From Octopus sinensis (Eukaryota), in the NCBI RefSeq assembly GCF_006345805.1, contig NC_043015.1, forward strand, positions 10,354,001 through 10,418,000: 64,000 bases of DNA, given 5' to 3'. The notes beneath the pieces are model-generated. The model was not told the origin of the DNA and made no database searches. It worked only from the letters and a program-made list of their open reading frames with translations. The position numbers and the translations under genes were made by a program. Positions 51,277-64,000 of the stretch are shown piece by piece; positions within the stretch are counted from its first letter, which is position 1, and every line of letters begins with the position of its first letter.

Positions 51277-51315
<39 letters not shown>

Positions 51316-51548
51316 TTGACTTTTTTCCTTTCTCCTTCTCATCATCGGCTCTCATCTCTTAGATGCAGCTCATCTATTTTACTCTGAATAGGATATTGGA
51401 GCTTGCTACTTGAAAAGCGTATATCTTCCATACATACACATGCGTCTTCATATCCACTCTGATATGCGTTTGACTGAGAGGTGTCTGTTAGTGTATGCGT
51501 GCATAATATCCATAAAAGTTTACACACACACACACATGCACGCACAGT

Positions 51549-51746
51549 GGCGCAGGAGTGGCTGTGTGGTAAGTAGCTTGTTTACCAACCACATGGTTCC
51601 GGGTTCAGTCCCACTGCGTGGCACCTTGGGCAAGTGTCTTCTACTATAGCCTCGGGCCGACCAAAGCTTGTGAGTGGATTGGGTAGACGGAAAACTGAAA
51701 GAAGCCCGTCATATATATATATATATATAATATATATATATATATA

Positions 51747-51778
<32 letters not shown>

Positions 51779-51990
51779 TTGTGTGTCTGTTTATGTCCCC
51801 CAACATCGCTTGACAACCGATGCTGGTGTGTTTATGTCCTCGTTACTAAGCGGTTCGGCAAAAGAGACCGATAGAATAAGTACTGGGCTTACAAAGAATA
51901 AGTCCCGGATTCGAATTGCTCGAGTAAAGGCGGTGCTCCAGCATGGCCGCAGTCAAATGACTGAAACAAGTAAAAGAGAGTAAAGAGAAA
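51549..51990 (+). mobile_element. SINE family A, well-preserved full-length copy with internal (TA)n(TG)n
   Basis: A-box TGGCTGTGTGG, B-box GGTTCAGTCC, body, and GAAACAAGTAAAAGAGAGTAAAGAG tail. Confidence 0.95.
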
Positions 51991-54900
51991 GAGAGTATAC
52001 GCACGCACACACACAGGCACAAACATGCGCGCGCACACATATTTCACACATCTGCGCACATACATTACACATATACGCGCACATGTATGCATAAAAGTAA
52101 CATAGAGACAATTTTCTTTCTAATTAAGACGAAAATCCGAACGTCTATATTTTCTCATGTTCATATATATGTACATATATGTATACAGGAATATATATTT
52201 TAATATTTGTAGCTTCCACAAATCCCATTAACAATTAACAGTTTACCAGAGGCTTCCGTGCGAAGCTAGAGCGTTATGCTTACATTAAATAAACAAGACT
52301 TTTGATAAAAAATATACTCATTATTTATCCTCAAACAATAATAAAATGTGCTTTGGGTGTTGGTAAATAATTGTTAGTGGATTAAGTACAATTAATTTTC
52401 AGAACAAAATGTGGGAGCGTGGATATGAGATAAAAATTTCCATAAAAATAACCTCAAATTCAGTGGGTTTCTCAATATTTATATATAAGTGCTTGTGTGT
52501 GTATTTGAGTGAGTGAGTGTGTGTGTATGTGTGTGTGTGTTTGTATGCGTGTGTGTTTGTATGTGTGTGTGTGTTTGTATGTGTGTGTGTGTGTGTTTGT
52601 GTGTTTGTCAAGAGAACTAGGAAGAGAATAGTTGATGTTGTGTTGGTTGTGTTTTTTTTATGCTTTCAAATATGACATTTTCGCAACAATATTGTAATCC
52701 AAATAACAATACCAGCTTTAAAAAAAATAACACTGAAAAATATCCTTCTGTCTCCTGTAGTACGAAGAAGAATAAACAATAGCATATTCATACAATGATA
52801 CCTTTCACAGATATAAGCGTCAGAGATTCGGAGAAAAACAAAAGCTGATATTTTATTCCCGATAGAAATATACGCATGGAGAAATAAATATATTCAAGTG
52901 TATTAACAACATTCGTTTTGAAGAATTTTGTAAGGAACGGACAAAATCTGTCAGAATGACCCATCAAATCCAAGAATGAATGAATCCGATAAGAAAACAA
53001 GGCTGTAATGAAAAGCAATAAATAACAGATAATAAAAAGCCACTTGTCAATGTGTGATTCAGATTTGCACCATAAAATATGGCATCGATCCAAAGATATA
53101 TATTTATGAAAGACTGTAGTTGTCGGAAGTTGCATAGATTCTTTATAGTAACATCTTAGGAATAGTATATTGGAAGCCTTCTCATATTAGCATTATATAC
53201 ATTATGTATGTATACAGTTTCACACTTTCAGACACATCTATATATTTATGCACTCTGCTGTGTGTATGTTCGTATGTGCATGTGTATGTACGCGCGCGCG
53301 TGTGTGTGTATGTACATGTATATACATAATTGTGCGTGAGTGTGTCTGTATGTGTGTATGTACAATTTAGCGTCTCCCTGTCATCAAAGATAACACATAG
53401 TTTCTAATATAATAACCCAAAATAAACACCTTATCAAATGTCAAAGGTCTTCGAAATGTAAAGAATTCTTCCATGTATGCTGTGGAAATATTGGTGCGTG
53501 TTCAATAAAAATAAACTAAGAACGTTCAGTGCGCAAAAATAATTGTGAGTATTTGTATATGTAAGTATGTGTGCATTTGATTGTGTATTTATATTTGTAG
53601 GTAATTGGTGAATGTAAGGAGGGCAGTATTCACAAGATTCATCATAAATTTCGAAGTCAGGGATTTTTCGTTGTTTAATCCATAAAAACAAGTTGAAACG
53701 TTATATGCATTTGTATAGTGTAAGAAAATATATCTCCATATTGTCAGAATGCGGATATTTTAAGTATATATTTACTATACTGAAATATGACATATAGTTG
53801 TTTAACAGAGAAACATAAGTCTGTGTCTACCCAGGGCTTAACAGCTGTTTCCAGGTCCTCAATGTAAGTGTCAGTGTTAACTCTAAGGCTTTGTGGAAAG
53901 AAATAATGAGGCATCACATGCCCCTCGTTAATGACAACCCGCTAAAACCATGACTACTGCCGGAAAGTTTGTAAGATGTTATGCAAACTTACGAACTTTG
54001 TAGTTGAAAGACCGGGCGATTTTAAAACTCGAAATATTTCTAAATCACTATGCTTAGCATTTATAACGAGGATGACAGCTTCCTCATCGTTTCTTGAATA
54101 AGCTAAGGATCTGCTATTACTAATCTGAAACAAAGATTATGTATATTTATAGAATTAGCAAAAAATGCAGTAATGACAAACAAAAGGCACGTCTTCAAAT
54201 AGTGTGTGTGTGTGTATGTGTGTGTGTGTGTGCGTGTGTGTGTATAAATGCATATAAAACACGTTTACATAAGTTTATATACATAAACATGTGTTTATGT
54301 AAGTATGCAGGTATATATGTATGCATGTATGTATGTATGTATGTATGAATGAATGAATGTATGTGCGTGCTTTGTTTGGATGAAGGTTGAACCGCTCTGA
54401 CGTTGATGATATCGGTGCTGATAATATTCTGTTTAAAATTTTGTTGTACATTATCTGTGGAAATACATGTGGGTACGAAAATATCATAAGTAAGACGATG
54501 CTCTGAAAGATGAAGAACTGGGTGAGGGGAGGGAATAGTGTTTTTTGAGCAGAATATTTGAGAATAAAAGGTGAGATATTTGGGCCATTTGGCCTAAATT
54601 CTTGAATCAATAAAGTTGTGTGAAACAACAGCTCTTAGAGTCACGACTGAAACTTTTTTTTAATCAAATCTACTTTACGTTGTTTCTCTTTCTTAGCTAA
54701 ATGCTATAGATTTTGCTGTACTTACCACCATAATACCTTTTATTGATGATTCCCAAGCACATCAATTGCTGCCTAACTTAGATGTTAATCTTGTCAGGGT
54801 AGTATTTTAGCAACGTTATCGATATGTTTAGTTTCTAGTGACAGAAGGTCTGATTGTGCACTCTATGTAAAACTGCAATGTAACACATATTTGTGTATTT

Positions 54901-56500
54901 GAAGCTGACCAATTTAAATTGTGGAAACCATATTTCCTTGCACTCTGCTTTCTTGACAGTTACTTGATCGTTATACCACCTGGTCTAGGCTCAATCTAAT
55001 TCCCTTACATCCACCCTGGTGCATCCAGGAACGATTATCTGTTCAGACAGTTGAAACTGTCCAAGCCGGTTTGCAAGTTTTAAGTATTCTTTCTGCAAAC
55101 GACAAACATCATACATTTCCCTATTATGAATGAGTTTCGGGACACGAAGCTATTTTGGATGTCACTCATGATGTTTTTTATATGTCAGATGGGCTCTAAA
55201 ATATATTCTGTAGATCGAGAGATCCTGACCGGCCAGCTTCATGTACACAAATAATTACTGCTGAGAATATTCGAAAGTGTCTGTGTAAGAAAAATCCTAC
55301 TCTCGCTAATATCTATAACGTCCATGTTTAGCAAGCTGTGGTCTTGTGTGTGAGAAGGAGAGAGAGAGAGTTCCTTGAAACTAATAAATTTAACAATATT
55401 GTGGGTGAATAAGTGAGTATCATAAAAAAAGACGCATATCAAATATTACATCAAAATATGTGACACAAAGCACAATTTAAATAACGTCTAAGCAACATAG
55501 TGCCACATTTAAGTTGCACGAATATGGTCCCTCTATATTTGTTTTTATAGGTAACAAAAATGAACAATATATACGAGCTAATAAGGCAATATATTACTAT
55601 ACTTCAGCGTAAGAATATCCAATAAAACTCTGACAATCGCATAAACTGTTGTAGCTATATAATTCAAAAGCAAATCGCGAAAAATCATTTCATATACAGA
55701 CAACAAAAGTAATTCCATAGTAAGGAATTGAGAATAATTTACATAAAACCCACAATGATCACTTCAGCAACATGCATGACTATTGATTAATGAAAAACAT
55801 GATAGGTGATCTCGCCCAGGTCAACGGATAAAACTATACTCCGACCATAAATGTAAAAATTGTGATACTTCTCAAAACAAGAGAAGCAAAGATATATCGC
55901 TGTTGAAGTTAATCGGTTAAAAATTCTCGGGCATTAAAACTGAAGGCGACTGATCCCATTGACATTGATCCCTAGATGTTGTTTCTACAATTAGCGTCTG
56001 ATCATTACACTAATCGAGTACTCTACTGTAACAAGAGCTAGATATGTATCATTATTTTAAATCAATGAAAGGTATGTGTATTCGGGGTACTGTTGTTCAT
56101 GCCTGAGAATATTGCCAGCACCTGTAATATTTCTGTCCAAGGCTGTGTCCAGTAGTTAATCACCATGCAAATTTCCGAACGCATCTTCACAGTCCATGGG
56201 CCAATACATATATACGCACATACACATATACGTATAACCTTCTATGAGTGTATACAGACATGAGCTTCGGTCGTGTGCGTACATATTTGGGTACATCTGC
56301 ATGAATGTTTGTGGCAGTAAGTGCACAAATTATCAAAAGATGTCATACATTGAAACGTAAAGAATCGCTATAAGAGATAAAGCAGTAGTTTGTTTGAAAT
56401 TCTGACTCATCAATACAAATTGAAAATACAAAGACTATATTTTAAGCGTAGAAATTTTCCTGAAAAAAATATGAACTTAGAGCATAAATACTTATTCTAG

Positions 56501-56688
56501 CTACACAAACAAGACAATCTTGTTACAGAACACAATAGAAAAGAAGCAGAATATCTGACGGGGATGTATGTAAAAGATACGTCAACATTGACGCGGATCA
56601 AAGGGGAAATGGAAGAACAGAGCCTGTCAACTAAACTTCAAAGCTCAAACGTTCGACGCTCAAGGAAACGTTGGCAAGTCTGCAGTCG
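56501..56688 (+). CDS. Candidate coding exon, product unknown
   Basis: Open 63-codon stretch LHKQDNLVTEHNRKEAEYLTGMYVKDTSTLTRIKGEMEEQSLSTKLQSSNVRRSRKRWQVCSR between acceptor-like TTATTCTAG (56500) or TTGTTACAG (56528) and donor-like GTAAAA at 56689. No recognised homology. Confidence 0.2.
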
Positions 56689-56959
56689 GTAAAAAATATA
56701 TAACAACAAGATTAGCAACAGTGACGACAGCATTAAATCACCGTTTTCTTCTTTAGCGTCAATGAAATATCATTTATACAGAGACTCTCTGAAATCTTAA
56801 AAACCCGTGTGAAGGAAATTCAAAATATAAAAACCGGTTTAATAATATCATGAGAAACAGTGTTTCCGGTTCTTTTGGGAAGAAAAGCAAACGTATAAAA
56901 TATTGCACATGATAATATAAAATAACAACACTAATTCTAGTGACCCTAGTGCCTAACAC

Positions 56960-57095
56960 ATAGTTAATGTATCAACCCCCAAAAGGTTAAAGATGAAGTC
57001 GGCATCGGTGGAAGTTAAACTCAGAACATAAGGAGGGACGAAATGCCGCTAAGCATTTTGTCTGACATACTAACGATTTTCGCGGCTCACCGCCA
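56960..57095 (-). mobile_element. SINE family B, partial
   Basis: ATCAACCCCCAAAAGGTTAAAGATGAAGTCGG...AACTCAGAAC...CGAAATGCCGCTAAGCATTTTG. Confidence 0.75.
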
Positions 57096-59230
57096 TGCCA
57101 AAATCAACCATAATGATAATAAACTTTAACAACTACAACGGCCTCAAAAATGATTTTAAGTCAATATAAAGACAGAATGGAAATACATTAGAAAATCTAA
57201 ACATTATATAATGATCATTAACAGGACAATCATAATGAATTTCCAAAGTAGAATGGACTAACACCCAGGGGTAACTAAGAAACCACTATACCTGAACATC
57301 AAGATCTAAATAAGCACCATTGCAGGATAGGCCCTCTCCTACATATTCTATCCGTCCTACATGTATGAGATTAGATATGCTCAATTTACTCAAGTCATCC
57401 TCACTCTATTCAGCAACCGTACAACATATTTACCAGAGGTACAGTAATTAACTCTCTACTGTGAAATTTATTTCCAAGTGGAACTTTAAAAGAGTCAATA
57501 CGAGCTTGGCCGGAAGAGGAAGTGCTCGTCTTCTGTGTTTTGAGCGTAATCCACAAAATATTTTTGCCATAGACATCATGCAGAGAGAAAACTGTTGAAA
57601 GCGTGGTGACCTTCACAATGGAGAGATCACATATGGTAGATCAGGATTATACTTGATAGATCGCACGTGATATACCGCATGTTGTAGTTGCTGATCGTTG
57701 GTTGACAGAATGTTATTGACAATGCTTCTCACTACTGAAATAAATCAAAAACATCAAAGTTAAAACAAGACTTAAACAAATTTTAGAGAAATGTTAAGCA
57801 GAAAAATAATATTTGAATGAATGAACCACTGAAACAAATTCTTTGCATAGTCGCAATGTGTCTGCAGTTAAGAATTTGACAAAATGATTTTAAAAGAAAA
57901 GATAACTTGAAACCAGATGAAAATATATGTCACATATAAACCAACGGAAACAAATCGTATGATTCCGGGAAATGGAAAGTGCATTGATGCAATGAACACG
58001 AACGAAAAACTTTAAAGAAACTAAGAACCCATCATGTAGACAAACGAGGAAGTAAATGACAAAACAAGAATTGGCCAAGCGGAATAAAAAAATAAAAATA
58101 GAATAATTGAAATGCATCCTTTTGATCTTGTTAGAAATATTTAAGAGGGAGAAATTATGTGGCGACAAATACATTCTAGAAGATACTGTAGGAAATATGT
58201 ACAACGCGTGTGGCTCACCAACGGAAAAACCATCACTAACAAAACAATAATCCCTAAATGTTATCCACAGAATCTCTTTTTTGTATTTAGAAAGCCTAGA
58301 CAGGAATAACTACCCTAACAATAAACTAAACGCGAACCCTAACTCTAACCTACTTTTTTGCATTCTACATTATCCTCACAAACGTAGCTCAGAGAATAAA
58401 CAACTGGAAGAAAATAACCTTTTATTCAGAAATCTAATACATATATATGAAAACATAAATTTTCTCTCAACAAAACCAAAACGTTCTTAGCATGTCATGA
58501 ATTAACTATCGAAATCCTTATGACAGTGTTCCTAATTCCGTAATCTGAGAAATATGAATAGCAAAGAATAAGAAGTGGCTGCACCATATCTGTCATGAGC
58601 AGATCGTAAAAAACATTTCTACTCCAGATAAAAGGCAGCATTATATAGACTAATCAAATCACCGTTAGAAGAGGAATAGCTCTGGTTTGACAGTCAACCA
58701 TCGTTGTATTGAGGATCATAAAATTAACCTACACATGATAAACACGACTGCAGACAGCACGTATATTTCATAATATGATTAGTTCGAACTAGAAAACATT
58801 CCATGCTCAATCTTAAGAAGAAAATATTAAAAATTCTATTAGAGGAGGTATGGAAAAAAATTAGTGAATTACAATCAATATGTTTTGCAATTATACAGAT
58901 ATCAACGAACAGGATGTATAAGACACAAACCTGACAGCATTTTAAGAAAGAATGTTATACAATCAGTTCATTTATACTGAGATAATGAATTTACACAGTT
59001 AAGTCATCTATGGCCGGTTGTTGGATGTCATAATGGCTCTACCAAGTAAACGCTGTAGAAAATTTGACACAAAGTACTTAGGTCAGATATATGAGGGGAT
59101 GTAGCAGTGTTTTAAGACAAAAAAAGTACATGATCTATGCTCTGTTTTAATACCCTTCGAAAGATAATAGTCATACTCATTCTATGCTATAATCCATATG
59201 TCATACAATATGGACAAACCAGTATGATGT

Positions 59231-59628
59231 AATAATTCTTTCTACTATAGGCAGAAGACCTGAAATTGGAGTAAGGGGCTAGTCGATCACATCGACCCCA
59301 GCGTTTCATTGGTATTTGATTTATCGACTCCGAAGAGATGGAAGTTATAGTCAACCACGGCGGAATTTCAGCTCAGAACGTAACGACAGACGAAATACTT
59401 ATTTCTTTATTACCCACAAGGGGCTAAACACAGAGGGAACAAACAAGGACAGACATAGGTATTAAGTCGATTACATCGACCCCAGTGCGTAACTGGTACT
59501 TAATTTATCGACCCCGAAAGGATGAAAGGCAAAGTCGACCTCGGCGGAATTTGAACTCACAAAGTAACGCAGACGAAATACCACTAAGCATTTCGTTCGA
59601 TGTGCTAACGAGTCTGCAAGCTCGCACG
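59231..59628 (-). mobile_element. SINE family B head-to-tail dimer (tail type 1 then tail type 2)
   Basis: Junction CGAAATACTTATTTCTTT at 59391-59408, equivalent to the junction of the 9029 dimer. Confidence 0.9.
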
Positions 59629-59774
59629 CTGAAATGATAACAATAATGGTTACGAAGCTTTGATAAAGGGAAGATAATACACAAGAAAGACGCAACTCGA
59701 TTGCATCCACCCCAGTTTTCAACTACTACTTATTTTATTGAGCCCAAAATGATGAAATGCAAAGTTGACCACCG

Positions 59775-59775
59775 A

Positions 59776-59859
<84 letters not shown>

Positions 59860-59920
59860 ACATATATATATATATATACATATACATACATATATATATA
59901 TACATACATACATACATACA

Positions 59921-59956
<36 letters not shown>

Positions 59957-60005
59957 CACACACACACACATATATATATTATATATATATACATACATAT
60001 ATATA
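59775..60005. repeat. (TA)n/(CATA)n microsatellite
   Basis: Direct inspection. Confidence 0.95.
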
Positions 60006-61189
60006 AAAGAAGAAAAAATGATCTCCGTCCGGCTATCCATTACAACATCTGTCCGAGGGAGGAATCAAAAGGGGAAATAACCCATATTGATACGTTAACT
60101 AAGAAGTAGAGGAATAGTAGGTTTTGCTGAGAGAGAAATGCAGTAACAGAGAAAGAGAGAGAGAGGGAGAGTGTGTGTGTATGTTTTTGAGTATGTGTGC
60201 GTGTATACTTCGCTATGCGTGTATGCGTATGTGTGTTTGTCTGTGTGTGTATCTATGTGTGTTTGTGGGAGAGAGAGAGAGATAATGTTAAAATTTATGT
60301 TGCTGAGAATTCATCTCTCTGCAGAAGGATGTATTTCATCCAGTCTAGGACATTATCCATCAGAAAAGTGATGGTAACAACACAGCAGATTTACAAATAG
60401 GCCGGAAACTTTGATATAACCAGATTACAAGATCTACATCGCAGAGTAAAATTTTAGATAAAAAGCATTTAGAATTTATTAAGCTAAAACATGAAGCAGC
60501 TGAATGAAAAGGGATAAAATAATAGGCGTTGATCGGGTATATATTTCACTAAAAATATATTCTGTGAATAAGCTCAACTGGGTATATGTTTAGCCATAGC
60601 ATGATTGTATTATCCAAAACCGCGATATAGAGATATTATATTTACTAAAGATAAAATGAAATGTGAAAGCCCTTGTGGAATCAACAATGTATCATAATGC
60701 AACAACCGTTGGATAACAAATATATATTGTAGTGTATAACGGAAAACTAATACAAATATCTACAAATGACGAAATATTCACACAACGGACATTTTGTTCG
60801 AAGAATACATGCACAAAATAGACTCTAAAAATACAGTTTAATGTGACGAAAAACAAGTAGCAGAAAAGGGTTATACACTTCCACCATCAAGACAGAAAAA
60901 CATGGAACACATACCCAATGCTTGAAATAAATGAACTCAAATTTGTGAAGAAAGTACGAAAACATCGTGTGAAAAGAATGTTTTAAAGTTCGTCTATTTC
61001 GAAAGAGATCAAAACCTCCCCCATCGCAAAATGCCAATAGAATATGATAAAGCAAAATATATTGAATAATATACGAGCATATGTAAAAGCTAGCAATATC
61101 ACTTAACGTTTTAGATGCCATAGTTTTGTTGAAACACATTGTATTTGTTCTAGTTATCTTTGAAAATAAGGAAGGAATTTGTGAAGGAA

Positions 61190-61426
61190 CGTATCTATTT
61201 CTTTACTACCCACAAGGGGCTAAACACAGAGAGGACAAACAAGGAAAGACAAACGAATTAAGTCGATTATATCGACCCCAGTGCGTAACTGGTACTTATT
61301 TAATCGACCCCGAAAGGATGAAGGGCAAAGTCGACTTCGGCGGAATTTGAACTCAGAACGTAACCGCAGACGAAATACGGCTAAGCATTTCGCCCGGCGT
61401 GCTAACGTTTCTGACAGTTCGCCGCC
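61190..61426 (-). mobile_element. SINE family B, well-preserved monomer
   Basis: Reverse complement starts GGCGGCGAACTGTCAGAAACGTTAGCACGCCGGGCGAAATGCTTAG. Confidence 0.95.
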
Positions 61427-61679
61427 TTGTGAAGGAATGTATCGTTATTCAACTGGCGTTTGGAATGTAAATTTGCTCTGTATATACAATAAAGTTTAAT
61501 TTCAATCATTTTCAAAAGAGGAGAGGTAAAACAGTCTTTCATTGTGCTGTTTTAATTGCAAATAATTCAGCTACTGGCTCGGTAAATTTGCGTTTCACAG
61601 GCACTAGTATCTATTTTGTATTATAAGGCACTGTTACAACATGCATAGTATGTTTGTAGGCAATATAACTTTGTTGAGA

Positions 61680-62030
61680 AAGCAAACATAGGTTAAGATA
61701 TATGAATCCATATAGATTCTGATATCAGCAGCACTGGAAATGATACAGCTGTTTCGGATCAGTAGTGTACGAGGTACCTTGAAATCGAAGTAGTAGTTAC
61801 ATGCTATGATATATCTTTCAAGGAAATTGATAAATTGACCAAATATAAAGATCCGAATGCAAAATTTGCTATATGTGAACAAAAGTTACAAGCAAATCCC
61901 AAAAAGAATTAAACAAAAATGAAGATTAACCTTATAATAAATTACATCAGAGAAGAAAGCCCTATGCAATACACTGCACTTACAGATATAATAGCAGTAC
62001 ATATACTTAGCACCGAAGGTAAAGACAACG
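61680..62030 (+). mobile_element. Old R4/Dong-like restriction-like endonuclease relic (third lineage)
   Basis: G*DI*IHIDSDISSTGNDTAVSDQ*CTRYLEIEVVVTCYDISFKEIDKLTKYKD resembles WDMPIHTDREISANRPDIVVKD..CLLIDV..P.D.N.SLKE.EKLSKYKD. Confidence 0.6.
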
Positions 62031-62319
62031 AATACGATGTGTATTCTAGTATTGAAAATGTAAAGATAGCTTATAACATGTACGTAACCTCTACTCGTAA
62101 AACTTAAATAGAATATAACTATAAGATGGAAAGAGATTAGAACTTAGAAAAGCAGTGGGAACCATAGAATATATAGAAAAGAAAAGGCATTCCTTCAATG
62201 TTATATATAGACACACAGATGCATTCGCACACGAAAGCAAGTCCACAGATACACGCAAAGACCTGCACGTGCAGTATGCGCACACTCTAGTTTTTATATG
62301 TGTGGAAACTTTCTTTTAC

Positions 62320-62705
62320 TTGTTACTGCCATTTGATAATGGGCATGCTGTAGCACCGCCTTAAATAGTTTTAGTCGAACAAATCAACCCCAGCACATAT
62401 TCCCTGTAAACCCAGTACTTATTCTATCAGTTTCTTTTGCGGAACTGCTAAGTTACGGTGACGTAGAGACACGCAATTCGGTTATGAGCCGATGGTGGCG
62501 GAACAAACACAGACACGAAAACATACACACACATAAATATATACACGACGGGCTTTTTCAGTTTCCGTCTACAAATCCGTTCTCAACGATTTCATAGGAC
62601 CGACGATATAACAAGAGACTTGCCGAAAGGTTCCACGTATCAGAAGGGAAAGAGCGATCATGTGGTTGGGAAGCAAGCTTCTTACCACACAACCGTGCAT
62701 CCGCC
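62320..62705 (-). mobile_element. SINE family A, diverged full-length copy
   Basis: Reverse complement of the 3' body (GCACCGCCTT...TTAGTCGAACAAATC) and head (AAGCAAGCTTCTTACCACACAACC..CATCCGCC). Confidence 0.85.
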
Positions 62706-62839
62706 TCATATGTGTGTGTGTTTCTGCGTGCATGTGTGCGTCGCGCCTGAGTGCGCCCCCGGTTGTGTGCGTTTGTGTGTGTGTGTGTGTGTGTTTTGTG
62801 TGCCATTATGTATGTATGTGAGCGTTTAATGGATGGATA

Positions 62840-62849
62840 TGAATGTTAT

Positions 62850-62889
<40 letters not shown>

Positions 62890-62993
62890 GAAGATAGATA
62901 GAATAGATGGATAGATAGAATAGATAGATAGATAGATAGATAGACTGGTAGATAGATAGATAGGAAGATAGATAGAATAGATAGATAGATAGA

Positions 62994-63049
<56 letters not shown>

Positions 63050-63062
63050 GAAGATAGATAGA

Positions 63063-63121
<59 letters not shown>

Positions 63122-63135
63122 TAGATAGATAGACA
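62840..63135. repeat. (GATA)n tetranucleotide satellite
   Basis: Direct inspection; generates the LSIY ORFs. Confidence 0.95.
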
Positions 63136-63249
63136 GATATATGAATAAATACAGGTACATTTCATAAGAAACTTTACCATAAGTGTTAAAACTATTGTGT
63201 CATATATATTTCTCTGGCGCTGCGATTGTAAAACGAAGCAAACGTCGCA

Positions 63250-63270
63250 AGTAGTAGCAGTATTAGTAGC

Positions 63271-63316
<46 letters not shown>

Positions 63317-63317
63317 A

Positions 63318-63357
<40 letters not shown>

Positions 63358-63382
63358 GGTGGTGGTGGTGGTGGTTTTAGTG

Positions 63383-63418
<36 letters not shown>

Positions 63419-63660
63419 AGGGGAGGAGGAGGGGGATTAAGGAGTGAAAGGGAGAGAGGAGCAGGAGAGGATGATGGGGAGGAGAAAAATGAGAAGGAGG
63501 AGTGTGGGAAGTTGAAGAGGAGTAGGTGGAGGTTTGGGAAGGAGGAGGAGAAGCGGGTTGTGTTGGAGTCGGAGGCGGGTGGAGGGAGATGAGGAGAGGG
63601 GTGGGGGAGGAAGTGGGGGAAGATGAGGATGAGGGAGATGTGGAGGAGGAGGCTGCAAGC
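63250..63660. repeat. (GTA)n/(GTG)n/(GGA)n purine-rich compound repeat
   Basis: Direct inspection. Confidence 0.95.
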
Positions 63661-64000
63661 ACTGGTTTAGTAGTTATAACAGTTTAAAATAAATTAACCT
63701 ATATATTGATGGTGCTATACAAAAACCTATCTATCATTTCAAGGTTTTTAAAGTCCTTTTGTTCGCTCGCTATCATTGAACGAAACGCTACTATAGACGT
63801 TCCTCTTCTCAAGGCATGTACTTCTGTGAAAAATCATTACGCAGAAAAATGAAAAACGCGTTTGTATCCATGAAAAGATTGTTGCTTGCCATACACTCAT
63901 AAATACACACAACACACACACACAATATACTGAAATATATACAAATATATACACACATATATACGCATATACATATGTATATTATATATATATATATATA

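Noticed and set aside
52788-53135. 115-aa minus-strand ORF with IDKWLFIICYLLLFITALF, resembling a Cys-loop receptor M4 helix
   Set aside because: The similarity is limited to a hydrophobic run expected from T-rich DNA; no other Cys-loop motifs or convincing splice sites.
58310-58352. CCCTAA-like repeats suggesting an interstitial telomere
   Set aside because: Only 2-3 degenerate units; more likely part of a dispersed repeat.
58540-59150. Possible very old LINE RT (ITVRRGI)
   Set aside because: Only one weak motif; no catalytic YADD-like motif could be recovered.

Overview
This is AT-rich eukaryotic DNA saturated with microsatellites and transposon relics. The SINE and LINE repertoire looks like an Octopus-type cephalopod genome (inference from recalled repeat families, not a database result). 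No intact host gene could be confirmed; most ORFs in the supplied track are translations of (TA)n, (CA)n, (AAT)n or (TAG)n repeats or non-coding AT-rich DNA. Supported elements: (1) a Ty3/Gypsy gag-knuckle/protease relic joined to a Helitron helicase C-terminus (3.4-4.2 kb); (2) two mariner relics (11.0-12.3 kb, 44.1-45.0 kb) that share about 170 bp of flank outside the TIR; (3) a DD37D-type Tc1/mariner relic (37.7-39.0 kb); (4) RTE LINE relics; (5) several R4/Dong-like RT and restriction-like endonuclease relics next to (AAT)n; (6) a 5'-truncated Penelope-like element with RT and GIY-YIG (48.9-50.9 kb); (7) three tRNA-derived SINE families. The most interesting signals are RNA-level. A 132-bp near-perfect palindrome at 51079-51210 contains a nearly canonical hammerhead ribozyme. 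A family of about 180-bp hammerhead mini-elements sits in (TA)n, twice nested at the same site inside a SINE. A 560-bp non-tRNA, non-coding element appears to target (AAT)n microsatellites and may be a non-autonomous partner of the R4/Dong LINEs. All alignments were done by eye, so boundaries are approximate.
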